This document shows, in pieces, positions 26,707 through 39,553 of a DNA stretch of 64,000 nucleotides. Below the pieces are notes generated by a model that saw only the letters and a list, made by a program, of their open reading frames with translations, was not told the DNA's origin and searched no databases. The stretch lies in the NCBI GenBank assembly GCA_964016885.1, contig OZ024742.1:214892001-214956000 (forward strand), read 5' to 3'. Origin of the DNA: Eledone cirrhosa. Lineage: Eukaryota. The translations under genes were made by a program, and so were the position numbers. Within the stretch, counting starts at the first letter, position 1. Each line of letters begins with the position of its first letter.

Positions 26707-27914
26707 TCGAAAGAAAGACGATGGACGGGTGCAAGAAAAAATGAAACGTAAAAAAAATCATGGATGCAACATTTAAAAATAATATTTTTTTATATCGTCC
26801 TGTTATGCACATATTAAATACACCGAGTTCGTTTTGTAAAAATCATTTGCTGTATTGTCATCAAGCAGGTATTTAAATGTAATATTTATTGCCCAGTTAA
26901 TGTAGTCGGACAGTCAACATCGCGTATCAGACTATGGTGAACTTGTCAAAAGCAAAAACAAAATATTACAATTAAAAACCTGCCTCATAACAACAGATCA
27001 AATAATTGTTGCTCAATGACTCCAATGTCTTTGAAATCTGCATAACAGAATGATGTAATAAATAGTAGGTGCATGCGTTTTTATAACATTGGCACACCGA
27101 TTGACAGCATATAGAGAACATTTTATGGAGCATACCTCTCATTACACGAGAGTCAGTCGATTGCCTAATAAATCAACATTTTTTGTTGTCAATAGAGGCA
27201 ACCTGAATTTCGAGACTCAATGGAATTCAATAAAATGTATATAAGTTTTTTTTACATCCGTGTGATATCGAGATATATATACCATTCGGTGTCGATTACT
27301 AACAAATATATAGACTCACATTTCAAGCCTTCCACATTCTTCATGTAAAAGAAAGTTAAATATGCTGCTATAAACAGATCTCCCTTTAGCGTTGCGATTC
27401 TTTTTTAAAATCTAAATCTAAAAAGAATCCCCAAGACGAACAAATGGATTGTTATAACAAAAGCAAAATTTAAAATTCATGAGTGTACTTCGTGCACATT
27501 ACAATTGTGCTTCAGATATCCGATGATTTTTATTCTTATTTTGATTTGATTTATTGTCTATTTTTTAAAACACATTTACTGAGTTAATTTCTGCGTTTTT
27601 GCTGTATTTCTTTTTAACTGTATTGACATAAATTCCATTGTTTTAAGCAAAGCAAAAAACAATTATTTAGAAGAGTAATCTTGTAATTCTCCACTAAAAA
27701 ATCAATTCGTTTAAATGTTAACTGTTCCTCTGTTTGGAAAGAAATTGTCTAGGACAAGTGTCCATGTTTCTAAATTACATTTTACCGCTTAAAGATTTAT
27801 TTTGTAAAAGATATACAGTGCACTGAGTGTCATTGAATTAGTTAATTGCTAATGAGATTACTATTGCTGACACACCTATCAATAAGCATACCTATCTGAT
27901 TATATGCATATATA

Positions 27915-27959
27915 TATATACACAGAGAGAGAAAAAAGCGAAAGCGAGAGAGAGAGAGG

Positions 27960-28030
<71 letters not shown>

Positions 28031-28042
28031 CGAGAGAGAGAG
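27915..28042. repeat. (GA)n microsatellite
   Basis: Direct reading. Confidence 0.95.
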
Positions 28043-29399
28043 ATTGGGTTGGAGAGAATGTTTCTGCTGTTTTTAAAAAGGAGGTATTTTCGTAGACTTT
28101 TCTCGAAATGTTTAAGATTGTCCTTGTGCACATATATGAAAGGATTGACCCAACATGGGAGGGAATCCGTGAGAGCAGGCAAGTACATCCGGTTCAAAGA
28201 TATGAATGATCTGTCTGACACACCGGAGCGAATAAAGACGTCTAACGCGAACTAATAACACCATCTCGGCGAATTGCTTCCTGTTTTCCGCGTTGAGGGA
28301 GACGAAATCTCAACATCAGGCTCACCATTATTTAGTTAATATTTGTATAATCTGGAAATATTTGTATAATCTGGAAATGAACATGTGTAGGCGTATAGTT
28401 ATATTATACCTTGTTTTCTGACATGCTTATAATTCATAATAAAGCAGTTTACAAAATAACGCCGCATGATAAACGAGAATACCATCAAATATAGTAAACT
28501 TATCATAAACAACAATAAACCTCAACAAATGCATAAACAATTTGTTCTCACACATGCTTCAGGGTGTTTTACATTAAACGTATTCGAGTTTTCAAATGTA
28601 ATTTTTATTTTTATTTATTTGCTTCAGAAGTTACTTTTTAGGTAGCTTAACAACATTAACAACATACTTCAGCTACACGAAATCATGAAATATAACTATA
28701 TACACAACCCTAAAAGACAATTACGTGCGGTTCGTAATTTCAGTATAATAGCATATTTCTTGAGGCAATGTAATATATGTCCTTAAACCAGCAAACATTT
28801 CCATTTATTTATTTTACAATAAAATGTTTCAGAGAGGCAAGATACAAAATGGCGTGTATTATATCAACATCACATGAATAACTTTACTTGTTGTAATTGT
28901 TTTATATCAATTTATCATCCTTTAATCTTATAGGATCTTTTAAAATTTACTTTCAAACTTTCAGCATTGATATAAAAGGATATCTCGTGTTAATCAACTA
29001 TCATTTTCTTTGAGATTGTAGCTCTTTTGGTGCAAATAAATTATATGAAAATGTATATTTATGTAGGAAACATGGACGTCCATTTAAATATTCTACGAAT
29101 AGCAGTGAGTAGACAGTAGCTATGGTGAAACTTTGTCGATTATTATTGATATTATAATCATTGGGTTGGGGGATTGGCATATAGTTAGAAGGTCCGGCAG
29201 AATGTTTTGTGGTATTTGTTCCCGCTATATATGATTTTAAGACCAAATGTTTACCTCTCATTCACCCGGTATCTGACACCTATTGTGATCGATTTAATTG
29301 ACATTCTATTGACCTGGGCTAGTTGGCTTTGTGCTAAATTTCGAAGCTATTATTAGGGGGGACATGCTGTTTTTATCTGCTTGCTGGCATGGCAAAGGA

Positions 29400-29836
29400 G
29401 TTTGAGTAGAGGACACGTTTGTGAAGGTTGAAGACAAACCCTTGAGCCAAACCCTGATAAACCTTTTCAGGTTTCAATAGAATAGGAAAATCAGGCTAGT
29501 AGATATATTGCTACCTTGCCACCAATTCATTGAAAGGTCCGTGTATATAGCAAATATGGTCCGAGTGAATGGGCCCTCTCTGAGTATGCGCCTGTACACC
29601 AGAGGAGAATAATTAGAAGAGAACGCGTGCCTTAGTGATCATATTCTCCGTTGTTTTTTGTAATTTTTTCTACGAGTACCATACTAATATCTCCCCTAAT
29701 GGGAAATCAGTTTTTATTCATTTTTGTTTTAGAATTTTTGATTTACATGCACAATTCTACAGTGCATATTCTAGTGCCATCCTATGCCGTCTTAGTCATT
29801 TCGTAATATCAGTCCTCCGTGGCTAATACAGAAATT
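29400..29836 (+). mobile_element. L1/Tx1-type LINE 3' end, degraded
   Basis: Encodes LINLFRF...RVNGPSLSMRL, homologous to the ORF2 end in 5925-6272. The 3' UTR ends ggctaatacagaaattatt. Confidence 0.75.
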
Positions 29837-29871
29837 ATTGTTATTGTTGTTATTATTATTATTATTGTTTA

Positions 29872-29936
29872 TTGAGTCTCAGTCATGGATGTTATTTAAC
29901 TGGAAAGTTTGTTGCAATGAATATCAAGCCACTACC

Positions 29937-29937
<1 letters not shown>
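29872..29937 (-). mobile_element. R4/Dong family B 3' UTR stub (~65 bp)
   Basis: Closely matches the family B 3' UTR and is flanked by (TTA)n. Confidence 0.85.

Positions 29938-30034
<97 letters not shown>
29938..30034. repeat. perfect (TTA)n microsatellite
   Basis: Direct reading. Confidence 0.95.
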
Positions 30035-30035
<1 letters not shown>

Positions 30036-31959
30036 CTTGAATCTCAGTCATTGATGTTGGTTAACTGGAAAGTCCGTTGGAATGAATATCAAGCCACTAC
30101 CTGCAGCCTCAGATATTCAGGACGTATCGGAGGGTTCTTACTGTTCCCAGCAAGCATGCCTTTTGAAGCGTTCCAAAAAGCGTGGCGGGGCCAATTTGTT
30201 TTAACCATCCCTGGAAACTTTTTGAGATAGTACCTAATGCGCCTATGACAATTGGGACCACTTTGACTTCATGGCAGTTCCAAATTCTTTTTACCTCCCA
30301 CTTTAAGTCCTGGTATCGGTTAATGTTCTCTCTCTCCTTCTCTTGCACACTCGTGTCGAATGGGCAGGCCACATCCACAGTCAGGCACGATCTTTTTCCC
30401 TTGTCCAAAACCACCAGGTCAGGTCTATGGTGTTCCAGTTTATTGTCCGTCTGTATCCTAAAATCCCATAGCACCTTCACCTGATCGTTTTCTATCACCG
30501 ACTCTGGCTTATGCTTATACCACTTCTCAGAATGTGGTAAATTGTTTACTTTGCATAGGTGCCAGTGGATCACCCTGCCCATCACATCATGTCTCCAGCC
30601 TTTATAGTGAGTCTGGGCTAGGTGTTTACACTTGGATACAATGTGAGCCACAGTCTTCTCTCTCTCTCCACAGATCCTGCACAGGGGGCTAGCCCCCTCC
30701 TTGTAAATATGGTATTTCAACCACTTCGTTTTGAGGGCCTGCTCTTGCGCAGCCATTAACATTCCTTCTGTAGCCTTTTTAAGGTCTCGTCTTTTCAACC
30801 AGTTCCATGTCTGTGGATCTCTGAATTCAGTTTTCTCAAAGAAGGTACTATGAAGGGATTTTTCATGAAGGCTGCTCTTTCTCCTTATTGTTATTGCCTC
30901 CTTGGACATCCCCTGGTCTAGTGTCCTCTCCTTCAGTACAATTCTGAGCATTGGCTCCTTACTATCAGTCACGTATTTGTGTAGGTTGTTTTTCTCCATA
31001 TGAATACAGTCCTCTATGCTGATAAGACTTCTTCCACCTTCAAATCTCCTTAAGTAGAGTCTATCGACATCACACTTCTTGTGGAACATGTTGTAGATAG
31101 TCAATACCTTCCTAGTCTTCCTATCCATTTCTTTTTGTTCAAAACATTCCATCTCAGAATTCCCGAACTGTACCTAATAATAGACACAGCTCGGGAATTT
31201 ACTGCACTTATGGCATTCCTACTGTTCAGATGTGACTTTAATACTCTCCTTACGCTCCGAATGTATTCAGATCTTATCAATTCCTTCATTTTTTTTTGTT
31301 CTTGAAATGATCAGCCTCCAGAACAACCAAATATTTGTATCCTTCTTCAGTGTCAATTTCCTTTATCATCTCACCTGTTGGTACCTGGATTCCGTTGCTT
31401 CTGCTGAATGTACCCCACTTCATCACAAGGACTCCAAACTTACTAATACCAAATTGCATACATATATCATTGCTGAAAATACGGACAGTGTCAACAAGCA
31501 CATCCAATTCCTTCTCACTATTTCCCGAAGAACTTAAGATCGTCCATGAAGAAGAGGTGATTGATTGTAAGCTCTCCCTTTCCCAACTTGTATCCTGCTC
31601 TCACTTTTCGCAGTATAATGATCAGGGGCATCAGCGCAAGGACAAACAACAGAGGGGACAGACTATCTCCCTGGAAGATACCTCTCTTGATCTTCACGCC
31701 TCCCAAAGATTCTCCAGCTGATGTTAACTCTGTTTTCCAGGACTTTATACTTTTGCCCAACAACTGTATGATGTTATCTGCCACCTTGAAGATCTCTAGG
31801 ATTTTGGTGATCCAAGAATGAGGCACCATGTCAAATGCCTTTTTGTAGTCTATCCATCCCATGGCAAGACCACTGTGTCTCCTCTTGCAATTCCTCATTT
31901 CCATCTTATCAATAACTAACTGGTCGTTTGTACCACGGGACTTCTTTCGGCATCCTTTC

Positions 31960-31960
<1 letters not shown>
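30035..31960 (-). mobile_element. R4/Dong family B, 5'-truncated within RT
   Basis: ORFs 31518-31904 ([23 protein letters not shown]) and 30109-31152 (CRIC..H...C, RHD, RPDL). (TTA)n on both sides. Confidence 0.93.
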
Positions 31961-32004
<44 letters not shown>

Positions 32005-32192
32005 GGGCGGTGGATTGGCAGTATCGGTAGAGGGTCGGACGCCATGCTTTCCAGCAGAGTTACGTCCCTTTAGGATCTGAGTTCAAATCCCGCCGAGGTT
32101 AACTTTGCCTTTCATCCTTACGGGGTCGATAAAATAAAGTACCAGTAATGTACTGGGTATTTGCTGGCCTTGTGCCAAATGTAGAAACAATT
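32005..32192 (+). mobile_element. tRNA-derived SINE inside (TTA)n
   Basis: Full consensus with TTA repeats on both sides. Confidence 0.93.
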
Positions 32193-32208
32193 ATTATTAT
32201 TATTATTA

Positions 32209-35035
32209 CAGTTGCATTTATCTTGCTTTATGTTCATACGAGTTATCACCAAGTCACAACCAGTGACCTCAAGAGACAACAAGGTCCGCCATGTTCAAGA
32301 AAGAACATACATATTCACACATGCATCTTTAGTGTTTAGACTTGTGATGTACTTATATTGACAGAATCGTCCTTAGTATATGGGCAGTTCCCATTAGTAC
32401 TATCTTTTGTATTTCTCCTATACGCGGGTTTCCTGGGATTTGCGATATGTAATCATTAGACCCCTTAGGTATCATTCCCAGAGCGCCTACAACCACTGGT
32501 ATTGTTTTAGTTCTCAATTTCCACATTTTTCCAATTTCTATCTCCAGGTCCTTATACTTACTCAATTTTTCAAATGTTTTTATAGATACATTCTTGTCTA
32601 TTGGAACAGACATATCAATTAGCAAGTATACCCCTCTTTTGAAAGTGTTTCAATATTATATCAGGTGTGTTTGCATCTATTTTTCGGTCTGTTTGGATGC
32701 TAAAGTTCCACAAGATTGAGATGTGATCTTTTTCAATTATGAGAGGTGGTTGATGCTCCCACCAATTCTTTTGATGGGGCAGGTCAAAATGCTTACACAT
32801 TATCCAATGTATGTATTGTGCAGCTCTGTCATGCCTGTTTAGGTATTCGGTTGGAGCTATAGGACTGCACATTGAAATTATATGGTCAATGGTCTCTGGT
32901 TGTTTTTTGCATACACGGCATAATGGGCTGCACCCATTTTTTATTATGTTGGCTTGGTAATTTTTTGTTGGCAGACACTGATCTTGTGCCGATATAATCA
33001 GTCCTTCAGTCTCCGATTTCAGTCCAGGGGATGCCAACCACTGATGGGTTAAAGTTTTGTCAACATCAGGATTGTTAGCTCGCTCTGGGTATTTTCCATA
33101 CAGAGGCTTTTCTTGCCATTTCTTAGCCAGTTTCTGTAGCAGTTCTTTCTTTGCAGTTACTTTTATCTGCTTTGCTTTTTCTGTGTTTTCCATTTCAGCA
33201 GTAATGTGACTTCTGAAATTTGTAGTCCATTACTGTATCTTTGTGAATCTTTTGTAATGGAATATTATCTTTTGATGCTTTTGTGTTTCAAAACGAGTTT
33301 GATCATCCAATCATGTGATTCCCTTAGATATGTAGATAATCCAATTGTTGCAGTTTTCAACGCAATGTCTAACTGGATTAACCCACGTCCTCCTTCTTTC
33401 CTAGGGAGATATATTCTATCTATATCTGCTTTAGGGCGATGCATTCTGTGCATGGTTAAGAATTTTCGGATTTTTGTATCGAGCCTACGGATCTCTGTGC
33501 TTGACCAGTTGATGACATTGTAACTGTAGGTTACTACTGGTATGGCAAGCGTGTTTATGGCATCGATCCTATTCCTTGCATTCAATTACGTTTTTAAGAT
33601 TGCTCTTACTCTGCGGTAACATTCCTTCCTTATCCTTTCCCTCACTGTCGAGTGCTTGATTCCGTCTCCTTCACAAACACCTAGATATTTGTAAGTTTTT
33701 TCTTGATCAAGTTCTCTTATCACGTTCCCCCGATCAAGATTAATGTCTGAACACTTCAGCAGCTTTCCTCTGGTGAACGTTGCTTTGGCGCATTTATCTA
33801 GTCCAAACTCCATTTTAATGTCATCACTGAACTGCTTCACAGTGGATAATAGCCCTTGCAATTGTTCATCATTTTTTGCAAATAGTTTCAGGTCATCCAT
33901 ATAGAACAGGTGATTAATGGTTTTGTCATAGACTTAATATCCATGTTTTGTTTCATTGAGCATTTTACTTAATGGTATAAGTGCGATGCAGAATAAAAGC
34001 GGTGATAAAGAGTCACCCTGAAAAATTCCATACTTAATATTAACTTCTCCAGCTTCCAGTGATTTTGTTTCACTATTCAAAAGGAGTGACGTTTTCCATG
34101 TCTTCATACTGAATGACAAAAACCTCCTGACAACGGGGGATATTTTGAAAATCTCTAAACATTTTTCACTCCAACTGTGTGGCAAACTATCAAATTCTTT
34201 TTTATAATCTATCCAAGCAATCGATAGATTTTTGTGTCTATTATGACAATCTTCAAGTATCATTTTGTTAACCAAAAGCTGATCCTTACAGCCATATGAG
34301 CCTCGTTTACATCCTTTCTGCTCAATGTGAAATAGGTCATTTGTTATCAGGTGGTCATATGTGTATTCAGTTAGGACTGATGTTAAAATTTTATACATTG
34401 TGGTCAAGCAAGTTATCGGTCTGTAATTTTGGGGATTGTTTGTCTCATCATTCTTCGGAAGCAGGAATGTAATGCCGTTAACTAGCCATGAAGGTATCTT
34501 TTCTGGCTCCTTAACTATTTCATTGTAAAGTTGGGCTAACAGCTCATGAGACTCTGTGAAGGCATTTATCCAAAAGTTTTGTATTTTGTCTTTTCCTGGG
34601 GATTTCCATTTGCTGGTTTTTCTTAGAGGCAAGTGCAACTGTTCAACTGTTATATTTTCCCATGTTTGTTCCTCAAGGTGAGCTGTATCTTTCATTTGTC
34701 TGTTTATCCATGGGGCATGTATGTTATGAACTTTTTCTTCGGCCCAGATCTTTTCCCAGAATTCTTGCACTTCCTCCTTTAGCAGTTATTGTTGACTTAC
34801 CAATTTTTCTGTAGAAGTTTCTTTGGTTGTTTTTGAACATATTATTGTCCTTATAGAATCTAGATCGTTTTTCAAAGCGCCTTATACGAGCAGCTTTGGC
34901 CGACACTTTTTGCTTGATTATTTCTATCAGCATATCTATGTCACATGTTGATTTTATACTGTACTTTTTTTTGATTTTCTAAGTTTAGTTTGTTTAACAT
35001 GTTCACCTACTTTATAGTTTGTTAACATTTCTATG
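32209..35035 (-). mobile_element. R4/Dong family A, 5'-truncated
   Basis: ORF pieces 32353-34933 are nearly identical to the 864-aa ORF, with a few stops and frameshifts. Confidence 0.95.
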
Positions 35036-35055
35036 TTATTATTATTATTATTATT

Positions 35056-35924
35056 TGCATTTATCTTGCTTTATGTTCATACGAGTTATCACCAAGTCAC
35101 AACCAGTGACCTCAAGAGACAACAAGGTCCGCCATGTGCAAGAAAGAACATACATATTCACACATGCATCCTTAGTGTTTAGACTTGTGATGTACTTATA
35201 TTGACAGGATCTTCCTTAGTATATGGGCAGTTCCCATTAGTACTATCTTTTGTATTTCTCCAATACGCGGGTTTCCTGGGATTTGCGATAAGTAGTCGTT
35301 AGACCCCTTAGGTATCATTCCCAGAGCGCCTACAACCACTGGTATTGTTTTAGTTCTCAATTTCCACATTTTTCCAATTTCTATCTCCAGGTCCTTATAC
35401 TTGCTCAATTTTTCAAATGTTTTTATAGATACATTCTTGTCTATTGGAACAGACATATCAATTAGCAGGCATACCCTCCTTTGAAAGTCCTTCAATATTA
35501 TATCAGGTCTATTTGCATCTAGTTCTCGGTCTGTTTGGATGCTAAAGTTCCACAAGATTGAAATGTGATCTTTTTCAAGTATGGGAGGTGGTTGATGCTC
35601 CCACCAATTCTTTTGATGGGGCAGGTCAAAATGCTTACACATTATCCAATGTATGTATTGTGCATCTCTGTCATGCCTGTTTAGGTATTCGGTTGAAGCT
35701 ATAGGACTGCACATTGAAATTATATGGTCAATGGTCTCTGGTTGTTTTTTGCATACACGGCATAATGGGCTGCACCCATTTTTTATTATGTTGGCTTGGT
35801 AATATTTTGTTGGCAGACACTGATCTTGTGCCGATATAATCAGTCCTTCAGTCTCCGATTTCAGTCCAGAGGATGCCAACCACTGATGGGTTAAAGTTTT
35901 GTCAACATCAGGATTGTTAGCTCG
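35056..35924 (-). mobile_element. R4/Dong family A, short 5'-truncated copy (CCHC + RLE + 3' UTR)
   Basis: ORF 35196-35879, flanked by (TTA)n. Confidence 0.95.
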
Positions 35925-35956
35925 TTATTTTTATTATTATTATTATTATTATTATT

Positions 35957-38900
35957 TGCATTTATCTTGCTTTATGTTTATACGAGTTATCACCAAGTCA
36001 CAACCAGTGACCTCAAGAGACAACAAGGTCCGCCATGTTCAAGAAAGAACATACATATTCACACATGCATCCTTAGTGTTTAGACTTGTGATGTACTTAT
36101 ATTGACAGGATCTTCCTTAGTATATGGGCAGTTCCCATTAGTACTATCTTTTGTATTTCTCCTATACGCGGGTTTCCTGGGATATGCGATAAGTAGTCGT
36201 TAGACCCCTTAGGTATCATTCCCAGAGCGCCTACAACCACTGGTATTGTTTTAGTTCTCAATTTCCACATTTTTCCAATTTCTATCTCCAGGTCCTTATA
36301 CTTGCTCAACTTTTCAAATGTTTTTATAGATACATTCTTGTCTATTGGAACAGACATATCAATTAGCAGACATACCCTCCTTTGAAAGTCCTTCAATACT
36401 ATATCAGGTCTATTTGCTTCTATTTTTCGGTCTGTTTGGATGCTAAAGTTCCACAAGATTGAGATGTGATCTTTTTCAAGTATGCGAGGTGGTTGATGCT
36501 CCCACCAATACTTTTGATGGGGCAGGTCAAAATGCTTACACATTATCCAATGTATGTATTGTGCAGCTCTGTCATGCATGTTTCGGTATTCGGTTGGAGC
36601 TATAGGACTGCACATTGAAATTATATGGTCAATGGTCTCTGGTTGTTTTTTGCATACACGGCATAATGGGCTGCACCCATTTTTTATTATGTTGGCTTGG
36701 TAATTTTTTGTTGGCAGACACTGATCTTGTGCCGATATAATCAGTCCTTCAGTCTCCGATTTCAGTCCAGAGGATGCCAACCACTGATGGGTTAAAGTTT
36801 TGTCAACATCAGGATTGTTAGCTCGCTCTGGGTATTTTCCATACAGAGGCTTTTCTTGCCATTTCTTAGCCAGTTTCTGTAGCAGTTCTTTCTTTGCAGT
36901 TACTTTTACCTGCTTTGCTTTTTCTGTGTTTTCCATTTCAGCAGTAAATGGGACTTCTGAAATTTGTAGTCCATTACTGTATCTTTGTGCATCTTTTGTA
37001 ATGGAATATGATCTTTTGGTGCTTTCGTGTTTCAAAACGAGTTTGATCATCCAATCATGTGATTCCCTTAGATATGTGGATAATCCAATTGTTGCAGTTT
37101 TCAACGCAATGTCTAACTGAATTAACCCACGTCCTCCTTCTTTCCTAGGGAGATATATTCTATCTATGTCTGCCTTAGGGTGATGCATTCTGTGCATGGT
37201 TAAGAATTTTCGGATTTTTGTATCGAGCTTACGGATCTCTGTGCTTGACCAGTTGATGACATTGTAACTGTAGGTTACTACTGGTATGGCAAGCGTGTTT
37301 ATGGCATCGATCCTATTCCTTGCATTCAATTCCGTTCTTAAGATTGCTCTGACTCTGCGGTAACATTCCTTCCTTATCCTTTCCCTCATTGTCGAGTGCT
37401 TGATTCCGTCTCCTTCACAAACACCTAGATATTTGTAAGTTTTTTCTTGATCAAGCTCTCTTATCACGTTCCCCCGATCAAGATTAATGTCTGAACTCTT
37501 CAGCAGCTTTCCTCTGGTGAACGTTGCTTTGGCGCATTTATCCAGTCCAAACTCCATTTTAATGTCATCACTGAACTGCTTCACAGTGGATAATAGCCCT
37601 TGCAATTGTTCATCATTTTTTGCAAATAGTTTCAGGTCATCCATGTAGAACAGGTGATTAGTGGTTTTGTCATAGACTCTATATCCATGTTTTGTTTCAT
37701 TGAGCATTTTACTTAATGGTATAAGCGCGATGCAGAATAAAAGCGGTGATAAAGAGTCACCCTGAAAAATTCCACATTTAATGTTAACTTCTCCAGCTTC
37801 CAGTGATTTTGTTTCACTATTCAAAAGGAGTGTCGTTCTCCATGTCCTCATACTGAATGACAAAAACCTCCTGACAACGCGGGATATTTTGAAAATCTCT
37901 AAACATTTTTCAATCCAACTGTGTGGCAAACTATCGAATGCTTTTTTATAATCTATCCAAGCAATCGATAGATTTTTGTGTCTATTATGACAATCTTCCA
38001 GTATCATTTTGTTAACCAAAAGCTGATCCTTACAGCCATATGAGCCTCGTTTACACCCTTTCTGCTCAATGGGAAATAGGTCATTTGTTATCAGGTGGTC
38101 ATATGTGTATTCAGTTAGGACTGATGTTAAAATGTTATACATTGTGGTCAAGCAGGTTATCGGTCTGTAATTGTTGGGATTGTTTGTCTCATCATTCTTC
38201 GGTAGCAGGAATGTAATGCCGTTAACTAGCCATGATGGTATCTTTTCTGGCTCCTTAACTATTTCATTGTAAAGTTGGGCTAACAGCTCATGAGACTCTG
38301 TGAAGGCATTTATCCAAAAGTTTTGTACTTTGTCTTTTCCTGGTGATTTCCATTTGCTGGTTTTTCTTAGAGCGAAGCGCAGCTGTTCAACTATTATATT
38401 TTCCCATGTTTGTTCTTCAAGGTGAGCTGTTTCTTTCATTTGTCTGTCTATCCATGGGGCATGTATGTTATGAACTTTTTCTTCGGCCCAGATCTTTTCC
38501 CAGAATTCTTGCACTTCCTCCTTGGGTGGTATTGATTTAGCAGTTATTGTTGACTTACCAATTTTTCTGTAGAAGTTTCTTTGGTTGTTTTTGAACATAT
38601 TATTGTCCTTATAGAATCTAGATCGTTTTTCAAAGCGCCTTATACGAGCAGCTTTGGCCGACACTTTTTGCTTGATTGTTTCTATCAGCATGTCTATGTC
38701 ACATGTTGATCTTATACTGTACTTTCGCTCCTTTCTTTAATTTGTTCTGTTGCCAGTGATTCCGCCCCAACCCTGGGATTCGAAGTGTTACAGTTTACCT
38801 CGTTTTCACTGACACATGCTTCATTTTCCCTTCGCTGACTTTGTGCTACTAGCTTGATCTGATCAATTTCTATATCAGTTAGTAACTTTTTTCTTACAAT

Positions 38901-39420
38901 ATTTCTTCGTATATTGGCTAGTTTGTTACTGTCAATATAGCCTCTGTTTCTTTTCGGGATGTTTCTTTTTCCAGTTGATATATGTTTGTTCTGTATTCGA
39001 TGTATTTGATGGGTAGTACATGGCAGTGTAGAAAGCCTGAAGGACTTCTTTATTATCTTCCCTTGACCATTTTTCTGTCTTTTTCTTTGGATTTCTTGGT
39101 GGTGAGCATGGAGGGCCAACAGTAGGAGTATTCCGGTTATGGGAGGTCTCCAGCTCCGAAGTGATGGGAAGGTTTGAACCATTAGCTGATTTTTTTTACC
39201 CCAGTCTGGTTCCTCTCTGAGGGACGCGGCCCTTTTTTACCCGGGTGACGGCCGATCTGGTATGAGATTTTATCATTAGACATTTACTTTATTTTGTCGC
39301 GTTTTATCCTTATCCACTTCTAGAACGCGTGTCAACCAAGACTAGAGGGGTCGTTCTCCCCTAGAGACATGGCTACTCCCGGCCGGCCGCCATCCCGGTA
39401 TTTCTTGGTCACGGGGTTTT
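35957..39420 (-). mobile_element. R4/Dong family A, near full length with 5' UTR and an ~460-bp internal deletion
   Basis: 5' UTR ~39284-39420, probable start ATG at 39283 (MSNDKISYQIG), N-terminal DSNKLANIRRNI motif and deletion junction near 38725. Confidence 0.93.
36097..38691 (-). CDS. R4/Dong retrotransposon protein: reverse transcriptase + CCHC zinc knuckle + restriction-like endonuclease (864 aa, N-terminus missing)
   Basis: Uninterrupted ORF with [38 protein letters not shown]-x7-H-x4-C, RPDI-D and K..KY. RHD reads MHD in this copy. Confidence 0.9.
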   Translation of the reverse strand: MLIETIKQKVSAKAARIRRFEKRSRFYKDNNMFKNNQRNFYRKIGKSTITAKSIPPKEEVQEFWEKIWAEEKVHNIHAPWIDRQMKETAHLEEQTWENIIVEQLRFALRKTSKWKSPGKDKVQNFWINAFTESHELLAQLYNEIVKEPEKIPSWLVNGITFLLPKNDETNNPNNYRPITCLTTMYNILTSVLTEYTYDHLITNDLFPIEQKGCKRGSYGCKDQLLVNKMILEDCHNRHKNLSIAWIDYKKAFDSLPHSWIEKCLEIFKISRVVRRFLSFSMRTWRTTLLLNSETKSLEAGEVNIKCGIFQGDSLSPLLFCIALIPLSKMLNETKHGYRVYDKTTNHLFYMDDLKLFAKNDEQLQGLLSTVKQFSDDIKMEFGLDKCAKATFTRGKLLKSSDINLDRGNVIRELDQEKTYKYLGVCEGDGIKHSTMRERIRKECYRRVRAILRTELNARNRIDAINTLAIPVVTYSYNVINWSSTEIRKLDTKIRKFLTMHRMHHPKADIDRIYLPRKEGGRGLIQLDIALKTATIGLSTYLRESHDWMIKLVLKHESTKRSYSITKDAQRYSNGLQISEVPFTAEMENTEKAKQVKVTAKKELLQKLAKKWQEKPLYGKYPERANNPDVDKTLTHQWLASSGLKSETEGLIISAQDQCLPTKNYQANIIKNGCSPLCRVCKKQPETIDHIISMCSPIAPTEYRNMHDRAAQYIHWIMCKHFDLPHQKYWWEHQPPRILEKDHISILWNFSIQTDRKIEANRPDIVLKDFQRRVCLLIDMSVPIDKNVSIKTFEKLSKYKDLEIEIGKMWKLRTKTIPVVVGALGMIPKGSNDYLSHIPGNPRIGEIQKIVLMGTAHILRKILSI

Positions 39421-39503
39421 CTTTTTGTTGTTTTTTTTAAATTGTTATTATCATGAGTGGTTCCTTAATGTGAGCATTGCGTGGCTTAAGAATGAAATTA
39501 TTA

Positions 39504-39553
39504 ATAATTGTCTCCACTCCAGGCACAAGGCCAGCAATCACCCAGTGCATTAC
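39504..39553 (-). mobile_element. SINE 3' stub
   Basis: ggcacaaggccagcaatcacccagtgcattac. Confidence 0.75.

Noticed and set aside
28339-28378. 19-bp tandem duplication atatttgtataatctggaa
   Set aside because: An ordinary local slippage duplication.
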